A model generated the notes under the pieces. The model made no database searches. It had not been told where the DNA came from and saw nothing but the letters and a program-made list of their open reading frames with translations. Positions 57,695 to 64,000 of a stretch of DNA of 64,000 bases are shown here, piece after piece. The DNA is from an uncultured Planctomycetota bacterium (lineage in GTDB: Bacteria > Planctomycetota > PLA2 > JAEUHO01), in NCBI GenBank assembly GCA_963752285.1, contig CAVVXN010000002.1:320001-384000 (forward strand), given 5' to 3'. Each line of letters begins with the position of its first letter. The stretch's first letter is position 1. Both the position numbers and the translations under genes were made by a program.

Positions 57695-58839
57695 CCCCGG
57701 ACGAGCGCCTCGACACCCGTCCCGACGTGCGCACGGAAGACCTCGTCTTCAACATGGGGCCCCAGCACCCCGCGACGCACGGCGTGCTCCGGGTGGTCGT
57801 GAAGTCGGACGGCGAGGTGGTGCGCGGGCTCGAGCCGCACGTAGGGAACCTCCACCGCTGCTCCGAGAAGATCGGCGAGTCGGTCGCGTACGACCAGTGG
57901 CTGCCCTACGTGGACCGCTGGGACTACCTCGCCGCGATCAACAACGAGCACGTGACCTCGATGGCGATCGAGCGGCTCGCGGGCATCGAGGTGCCGGAGC
58001 GCGCGGAGTACGTGCGGGTCATCGTCGCCGAGGTGCAGCGCATCCTGAGCCACCTGATGGCGATCGGGACGTACGGGCTCGACCTCGGTGCCTTCACCCC
58101 CTTCCTCCACCAGTTCCGCGAACGCGAGCGCGGGCTCGACCTGCTCGACCACATCTCGGGCGGGCGGCTCCTCTACCACTTCGTCCGCATCGGAGGCGTG
58201 AAACGCGACCTGTCGCCCGAGTGGCTGGACGAGCTCGACGTGTGGCTGAACGCCGTGGAGCGACGGCTGCCCGAGTACAACACCTTGCTCCTCGAGAACC
58301 ACATCTTCCAGGAACGCACGTGCGGGATCGGGATCGTGGACCGCGCGACCGCGATCCGGTGGGGCGTGACGGGACCGGCGCTCCGCGCCGCCGGCGTCGA
58401 CTGGGACACGCGTCGCGACGCGCCGTACTCGATCTACGACCGGTTCGAGCTCGACGTCCCCGTCGGCCCGAGCCCGATCGCGGGCGTCGCGGGCGACTGC
58501 TTCGCCCGGCACTGGCTGCGCGTCCGCGAGGTCGAGACGTCCCTCTCCATCGTCCGCCAGGCGCTGCGGCAGATGCCCGAGGGCCCCGTGATGGGCCGTG
58601 TCCCGCGCGCGCTGAAGCCTCCCGAGGGCCAGGTGTACGTGCGCGGCGAGAACCCGCGGGGGGAGCTCGCCGTCTACCTCGTCTCCCGAGGCAAGGACCG
58701 CGCGTGGCGCGCCCGGTGCCGCGGTCCGTCGTTCAGCAACATCGCCGTGATCACGGAGGTCGCGGAGGGTGAGCTCCTGGCCGACCTCGTGGCCCTCATC
58801 GGCAGCATGGACATCGTGCTCGGGGAGGTCGATCGCTGA
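57691..58839 (+). CDS. nuoD: NADH-quinone oxidoreductase subunit D
   Basis: NMGPQHPATHGVLR, LHR..EK, ENPRGE, DIVLGEVDR. Confidence 0.96.
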   Translation: MTPDERLDTRPDVRTEDLVFNMGPQHPATHGVLRVVVKSDGEVVRGLEPHVGNLHRCSEKIGESVAYDQWLPYVDRWDYLAAINNEHVTSMAIERLAGIEVPERAEYVRVIVAEVQRILSHLMAIGTYGLDLGAFTPFLHQFRERERGLDLLDHISGGRLLYHFVRIGGVKRDLSPEWLDELDVWLNAVERRLPEYNTLLLENHIFQERTCGIGIVDRATAIRWGVTGPALRAAGVDWDTRRDAPYSIYDRFELDVPVGPSPIAGVAGDCFARHWLRVREVETSLSIVRQALRQMPEGPVMGRVPRALKPPEGQVYVRGENPRGELAVYLVSRGKDRAWRARCRGPSFSNIAVITEVAEGELLADLVALIGSMDIVLGEVDR

Positions 58840-59945
58840 TGCGCGCCTGGCTCGACCAGCTGATCGAGAGATCCCACCTGCTCCAGACGGTGCCGCCGGG
58901 CGTGGTCTACGCGGTCGCGATGTTCGCCGTGGCGGGGGTCGTGCTCACCGTGACGGCCGTGCTGGCGGGCGAGATGGTGTGGATGGAGCGCCGCGTCTCG
59001 GGCCGCATGCAGGCGCGGATCGGCCCCAACCGCGTCGGACCCCAGGGCCTCCTCCAGTTCCTCGCCGACGCGCTGAAGCTCCTCGCGAAGGAGGACATCG
59101 TCCCCCGGGAGGCGGACCGCAAGGTCTTCCTCCTCGCGCCCGTGGTGGTGTTCGTCGGGGCGTTCACGGCGTTCGCGGTGATCCCCTTCGGGTACGGGCT
59201 GGTCGCGGCCGACATGAACGTGGGCCTGTTCCTCGTGCTCGCCGTCACGAGCATCGAGGTCGTCGGCGTGATCATGGCGGGCTGGGCGAGCAACTCGAAG
59301 TGGGCGGTGCTCGGCTCCATGCGCGAGGTCGCCCAGGTCGTGAGCTACGAGATGCCGCTCTCGATCTCGGCCCTCGCGATCGTGGTCCTGGGCGGCACGC
59401 TCGACTTGTCGCAGCTGGTCGTGCAGCAGAGTGGCGGCATCTGGCGCTGGTACCTCTTCCGCGGGCCGTTCGCGTTCGTCGCGTTCTTCACGTTCGGCGC
59501 GGCCACGCTGGCTGCGCTGAAGCGCGCCCCGTTCGACCTGCCGGAGGCGGAGTCCGAGCTCGTCGCCGGCTTCCACACGGAGTACACGGGCTTCCGCTTC
59601 GCGGTCTTCTTCCTCGGCGAGTACGCCGGGATGGTGCTCTTCTCGATCGTCATCGCGCTGCTCTTCCTCGGCGGTTGGGACCCTGGCGTGCCCATCGACC
59701 TCACCGGCCCCGTCGGTCGCTGGATCGGCGCGTTCGTGCTCCTCGCGAAGGCGATGGTCCTCGTGTTCGTGATGATGTGGCTGCGGTGGACGCTGCCGCG
59801 CTACCGAATCGACAAGGTGATGTACCTCTGCTACAAGGTCCTCCTGCCGTGGAGCATCGTTTGCGCCGTGGGTGCCGCCGCGCAGGTGCTCGTCGGCTCC
59901 GCCTTGCCCGACGGCGCCTTCTCCGCCTGGCTGATGGGGAGGTAG
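58839..59945 (+). CDS. nuoH: NADH-quinone oxidoreductase subunit H
   Basis: ERRV...Q.RIGPNRVG, ADALKLL.KE, RAPFDLPEAESELVAG..TEY. Confidence 0.96.
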   Translation: MRAWLDQLIERSHLLQTVPPGVVYAVAMFAVAGVVLTVTAVLAGEMVWMERRVSGRMQARIGPNRVGPQGLLQFLADALKLLAKEDIVPREADRKVFLLAPVVVFVGAFTAFAVIPFGYGLVAADMNVGLFLVLAVTSIEVVGVIMAGWASNSKWAVLGSMREVAQVVSYEMPLSISALAIVVLGGTLDLSQLVVQQSGGIWRWYLFRGPFAFVAFFTFGAATLAALKRAPFDLPEAESELVAGFHTEYTGFRFAVFFLGEYAGMVLFSIVIALLFLGGWDPGVPIDLTGPVGRWIGAFVLLAKAMVLVFVMMWLRWTLPRYRIDKVMYLCYKVLLPWSIVCAVGAAAQVLVGSALPDGAFSAWLMGR

Positions 59946-60416
59946 ATGAGCTACTTCCGTCGCATCTGGGCCGGGATCGCCACCACCGCGAAGGGTCTCG
60001 GGCTCACGTGGCGCCACCTCCTCACGAAGCCCACGACGATCCAGTATCCCGAGGAGGAGACGTACATCTCGCCCTACGAGCGCGGCCTCCACGAGTTCGA
60101 GCCCGACGTCTGCATCATCTGCGAGCTGTGCGCCAAGGCCTGCCCCGTGGACTGCATCTACATCGAACAGGAAGGACGCGGGAAGACGGCGCGGCTGACG
60201 CGCTTCGCGATCGACTACAACAAGTGCCTCTTCTGCTCGCTCTGCATCGACCCCTGCCCCGTGGACTGCATCCACATGGGCCAACGCTACGATCTCGCGG
60301 CGTTCGAGCGGCAGAAGGCGACGATCATCGAGTTCACGAAGGGCGAGGGCCCCTGGCGGACCGCCGAGACGAGCGCCGAGCCGGGCGCCGGCCTCCCGCC
60401 GCGGAGTCGTCCGTGA
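59946..60416 (+). CDS. nuoI: NADH-quinone oxidoreductase subunit I
   Basis: TIQYPEE, CIICELCAKACP, CLFCSLCIDPCP. Confidence 0.95.
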   Translation: MSYFRRIWAGIATTAKGLGLTWRHLLTKPTTIQYPEEETYISPYERGLHEFEPDVCIICELCAKACPVDCIYIEQEGRGKTARLTRFAIDYNKCLFCSLCIDPCPVDCIHMGQRYDLAAFERQKATIIEFTKGEGPWRTAETSAEPGAGLPPRSRP

Positions 60417-60955
60417 CGGCCCTGGCGATCCCCCTCGCCTCCGCGCCTACCCTCGAGGTCGTCCTCTTCGGCGCGTTCGCCCTCCTCGCCGTGGGGTCGT
60501 CGCTCATCGCGGCGCTCGCGCCGCGCATCGTGCACGCCGCCCTCGGGCTCCTCGGCACGTTCCTCGCCGTCGCCGGCCTGTACGCGCTCCTCGGAGCCGA
60601 CTTCGTCGCGCTCGCGCAGGTGCTCGTCTACGTGGGCGGGATCCTCGTCCTTCTCGTCTTCGGCGTGCTCCTGACCGGGCGGGCGCTCTCGCTGCTCGGT
60701 CTCGAGCGTCGCCCGTCGATCGTGTTCCCCTCCATCGCGGGAGGACTCCTCGTCCTGGGCCTGCTCCTCGCGACGTTCGGCACCCGGTGGCCGGTCGTGG
60801 GCGCGAGGCCCGCGCCCGAGCCGACCACCTCCCGAATCGGGCACGCGCTCCTCGACCCGAAGGGCGACCTCGTCGCGTTCGAGCTCGCGTCGATCCTGCT
60901 CCTGGCCGCCCTGGTCGGGGCGGCGTACCTCGTGCGGCGGAGGCGCGAAGGATGA
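60413..60955 (+). CDS. nuoJ: NADH-quinone oxidoreductase subunit J
   Basis: QVLVYVGGILVL, FELASILLL. Confidence 0.92.
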   Translation: MTALAIPLASAPTLEVVLFGAFALLAVGSSLIAALAPRIVHAALGLLGTFLAVAGLYALLGADFVALAQVLVYVGGILVLLVFGVLLTGRALSLLGLERRPSIVFPSIAGGLLVLGLLLATFGTRWPVVGARPAPEPTTSRIGHALLDPKGDLVAFELASILLLAALVGAAYLVRRRREG

Positions 60956-61257
60956 ACCTCGGGCTCGAGGCCTGGCTCGTGGTGGGGGCCCTGCTCTTCG
61001 GAGCGGGGATCGTGGCCGTGCTCTCGCGACGCAACGCGATCGCGGTCCTGATCGGCATCGAGCTCATGCTGAACGCGGCGAACGTGAACCTCGTCGCGTT
61101 CGACCGCTACGAGGGAGGGATCCGGGGCCAGGTGTTCGCGCTCTTCGTCCTCGCGATCGCGGCGGCGGAGGCCGCCGTCGCGCTGGCGATCGTTTTGAAC
61201 GTGTTCGACGCGCGCGACCGGATCGACGTGGACCGCGTGGACGACCTGAAGGGATAG
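60952..61257 (+). CDS. nuoK: NADH-quinone oxidoreductase subunit K
   Basis: RRNAI..LIGIELMLNA, AAAEAAV.LA. Confidence 0.95.
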   Translation: MNLGLEAWLVVGALLFGAGIVAVLSRRNAIAVLIGIELMLNAANVNLVAFDRYEGGIRGQVFALFVLAIAAAEAAVALAIVLNVFDARDRIDVDRVDDLKG

Positions 61258-61305
61258 GGAGAGGGCCGCGGCCCGCCGGGGCCGGGCGAGGGAGGACCGA
61301 CCGGG

Positions 61306-63273
61306 ATGCTGGCGCTCGCGCTCGTCTGCCTGTTCGGGCCGATGCTGGGCTTCGTGCTCGTCTTCGGGCTCGGCCGCCGGCTGCCGCGCGGGGGCGACTT
61401 CATCGCACTGCTCGGGATCGGCGCGTCGCTCGTGGCGGCGGCCCTTCTGGCCGGGCGCGTACTCGGGGGCGAGCGCCTCGCGTGGAGCGCGCCGTGGTTC
61501 GCCCCGTTCGGCCACGGCGCGCGGCCGATCACGGTGGGCGTCCTCGTGGACGGCCTCACCGCCACGATGCTCCTGGTGGTCACGATCGTGTCGTTCCTCG
61601 TGCACCTCTTCAGCACGGGCTACATGCGCGGCGATCCCCGCTACTCGCGGTTCTTCGCGTGGCTGCAGATGTTCTCGTTCTCCATGCTCCTCCTCGTGCT
61701 CGCCGACAACCTCTTCGTCCTCTTCGTCGGCTGGGAGCTCGTGGGCCTCTGCTCGTACCAGCTGATCGGCTTCTGGTCTGAGCGTCCGGCGCCGGGCAAC
61801 GCCGCCCGCAAGGCCTTCATCACGACGCGCATCGGCGACCTCGGCCTCTTGCTGACCCTGATGGTCGTCGGAACGCGGGTGGGCGCGTTCGACTTCCGGT
61901 CGCTCGGTCAGGCCGTCGCGTCCGGCGCCCTCGGCGGGCCCTGGCTCGTCCTGGCGGCGTTCGGCCTCTTCGCCGCCGCGGCCGGCAAGAGCGCGCAGCT
62001 CGGCTTCCACGTCTGGCTCCCCGACGCGATGGAGGGCCCGACGCCGGTGAGCGCCCTGATCCACGCGGCGACCATGGTGGCGGCGGGCGTCTACCTCCTG
62101 GGCCGCACGATCTTCATGCTGCCGCCCGAGGTGCTCCACGTCGTCGCGGTCGTGGGCGCGATCACGGCGCTCTTCGCCGGTCTGATCGCCGTCGCGCAGG
62201 ACGACATCAAGCGCGTCCTCGCGTACTCGACGATCAGCCAGCTCGGCTACATGTTCCTCGGCATCGGCGTCGGGGCGTGGCACGCCGCGCTCTTCCACCT
62301 GACGACGCACGCTTTCTTCAAGGCCCTCCTCTTCCTCGGCTCGGGAAGCGTGATCCACGCCTGTCACCACGAGCAGGACATGCGCCGCATGGGCGGGCTC
62401 CTCCGTCGCATGCCCGTGACGGGCACCACCTTCGGCGTCGGCGTCCTCGCGATCTCGGGGCTGCCGTTCCTCTCGGGCTTCTACTCGAAGGACGCGATCC
62501 TGTCGGGCGCCTACCACGTCGAGCCCGCGCTGTTCTGGATCGGCCTCGGGGCCGCCGTGCTGACGGCGTTCTACATGTGCCGCCTGTTCGTCATGACGTT
62601 CCTCGGCCGTCCGCGCGACGAGGAGCTCTACCACCACGTCCACGAGTCGGGCCCCTCGATGCTCGTCCCGCTGGTGGTCCTCGCGGCCCTCGCCGTCGGC
62701 GCGGGCTGGCCCTTCCTCGGCTGGCATGCAAACGAGGAGGAGACGGGCCTCCTCGAGCCTCCCGTCCACGTCGTCGTCGCCGGTGAAGAGACGGTCGGTG
62801 ACGTGCACCACCTCGAGCACGACGGGACGGTCCAGGTGCTTGCGATCACGGCGGGCCTCGGCGGGCTCGCGCTGGGCTGGCTCGTCTTCTCGACCTTCGC
62901 CGCGGTGCTCGGGCGCCTGAAACGCCCCCTCCTGCCGCTCGAGAGGGCCTGCGTGGCGAAGTTCTTCTTCGACGAGCTCTGGCGAGAGGTGCTGTTGCGT
63001 CCCGCGTACGGGATGTCGCGCGCAGCGGCGCGGTTCGACCGCGGCGTCGTGGACGGTCTCGTGAACGAGATCGGCCGGGAGGGCCGCCGCGTGGCGCGTC
63101 TCTCGGGCTGGAACGACGCGCGGGTCGTGGACGGCGCGGTGCTCGGCGTCGGAGCCACCGCGCTTGCCGGCGGGGCCCGTGTGTCGAGGCTCCAGAACGG
63201 TCGCGTCCGGTTCTACCTCTCCGTGGCCGTGGGCCTCGTCGCCGTGGTCCTGGTGCTTCGCGGGCTCCTGTAG
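61306..63273 (+). CDS. nuoL: NADH-quinone oxidoreductase subunit L
   Basis: GWELVGLCSY.LIGFW, GKSAQ...WLPDAMEGPTPVSALIHAATMV, HAFFKALLFL. Confidence 0.96.
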   Translation: MLALALVCLFGPMLGFVLVFGLGRRLPRGGDFIALLGIGASLVAAALLAGRVLGGERLAWSAPWFAPFGHGARPITVGVLVDGLTATMLLVVTIVSFLVHLFSTGYMRGDPRYSRFFAWLQMFSFSMLLLVLADNLFVLFVGWELVGLCSYQLIGFWSERPAPGNAARKAFITTRIGDLGLLLTLMVVGTRVGAFDFRSLGQAVASGALGGPWLVLAAFGLFAAAAGKSAQLGFHVWLPDAMEGPTPVSALIHAATMVAAGVYLLGRTIFMLPPEVLHVVAVVGAITALFAGLIAVAQDDIKRVLAYSTISQLGYMFLGIGVGAWHAALFHLTTHAFFKALLFLGSGSVIHACHHEQDMRRMGGLLRRMPVTGTTFGVGVLAISGLPFLSGFYSKDAILSGAYHVEPALFWIGLGAAVLTAFYMCRLFVMTFLGRPRDEELYHHVHESGPSMLVPLVVLAALAVGAGWPFLGWHANEEETGLLEPPVHVVVAGEETVGDVHHLEHDGTVQVLAITAGLGGLALGWLVFSTFAAVLGRLKRPLLPLERACVAKFFFDELWREVLLRPAYGMSRAAARFDRGVVDGLVNEIGREGRRVARLSGWNDARVVDGAVLGVGATALAGGARVSRLQNGRVRFYLSVAVGLVAVVLVLRGLL

Positions 63274-63281
63274 GAGACGAC

Positions 63282-64000
63282 ATGCTTTCCGCCACCGTCT
63301 TCCTGCCCCTCCTCGGCTTCGTGCTCGTGCTCGTCCTCCCCGCCCGCCACGCGAGGGCGGTCAGCGTGCTCGCGAGCCTCGCCGTGCTCGGTCTGTCGGT
63401 GACCGTCGCCGCGACGGCGGGGGACCTGTCGCAGTACCAGATGCGCGAGACCGTGAATTGGATCCCCGCGCTCGGCATCCACTACGACGTCGGCGTGGAC
63501 GGCATCGGCGCGAGCCTCCTCGTGCTCACGGCTTTCGTGTCGTTCGGCGCCGCGCTGGCCTCGTGGCGCATCGAACAGAGCCCGCGCGGCTACCACGCGA
63601 TGTTCCTCCTGCTCATGACGGGCATGCTCGGCGTGTTCGTCGCCCTCGACCTGTTCCTCTTCTACATGTTCTGGGAGATCGTGCTGCTCCCGATGTACTT
63701 CCTGATCGGGGTGTGGGGCGGTCCCCGCCGGCAGTACGCCGCCATCAAGTTCTTCCTCTACACCCTGTTCGGCTCGGTCCTCCTCCTGGCGGGGCTCCTC
63801 GTGGTGGTGCTCTCGAACCGGGATCCGGCGACGGGGCTCCCGGTGTGGCAGATCGACCGGCTGGCGCACCTCGCCGCGGAGCACGGCAGCCTGCTCACCG
63901 ACCCCGCCCTCGCGCGCGTCGTGTTCGTGGGGATGTTCGTCGGGTTCGCGATCAAGATCCCGTCCTTCCCGTTCCACACGTGGCTGCCGGACGCGCACGT
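63282..64000 (+). CDS. nuoM: NADH-quinone oxidoreductase subunit M (3' truncated by window edge)
   Basis: AGGAG SD, ATG 63282; WIPALGIHYDVGVDG, FYMFWE..LLPMYFLIGVWG, AAIKFFLYT, KIPSFPFHTWLPDAH. Confidence 0.93.
   Translation, partial: MLSATVFLPLLGFVLVLVLPARHARAVSVLASLAVLGLSVTVAATAGDLSQYQMRETVNWIPALGIHYDVGVDGIGASLLVLTAFVSFGAALASWRIEQSPRGYHAMFLLLMTGMLGVFVALDLFLFYMFWEIVLLPMYFLIGVWGGPRRQYAAIKFFLYTLFGSVLLLAGLLVVVLSNRDPATGLPVWQIDRLAHLAAEHGSLLTDPALARVVFVGMFVGFAIKIPSFPFHTWLPDAH

Noticed and set aside
57691..58839. Group 4 [NiFe]-hydrogenase large subunit
   Set aside because: No N- or C-terminal CxxC Ni-binding motifs; ends in GEVDR like NuoD
1..64000. tRNA, rRNA, IS elements, prophage or integrase genes
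   Set aside because: None recognised by eye; tRNAscan-SE, Infernal and ISEScan would be needed to exclude them formally

Overview
Very GC-rich bacterial chromosomal window, tentatively Planctomycetota/PVC-like, inferred only from GyrA 'HPHGDQVVYPTLVRM' and overall gene style. It is densely coding, with about 60 CDS; I recognised no rRNA, tRNA, CRISPR array or mobile element. Housekeeping genes include parA-like, truD, gyrA, rsmG, uppP, anmK, dut, deoC, archease-rtcB, mgtE, erpA/iscA, trxB and a complex I operon nuoABCD-HIJKL(M...) that lacks nuoEFG. Accessory blocks are a three-subunit xanthine-dehydrogenase-family molybdoenzyme (HcrCAB-like), a four-gene minor-pilin/pseudopilin cluster with a 1376-aa pilin carrying ~13 Ca-binding-type repeats, and a lipid-carrier glycosylation/carbamoylation cluster. 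Main signals the ORF track misses: (1) a probable exported two-HMA-domain selenoprotein (GMG-UGA-GPC with a SECIS-like hairpin, 37343-37963 minus); (2) an IscS-like protein lacking both its PLP Lys and stacking His but keeping the persulfide Cys; (3) at least 8 genes with a TANNNT -10 box 6-7 nt before the start codon (probably leaderless), which also reveals a 43-aa membrane micro-protein; (4) a five-copy palindromic repeat cluster upstream of rsmG; (5) two genes split by apparent 1-nt deletions near homopolymers, probably sequencing errors. All product calls are motif-based by eye; no database searches were run.
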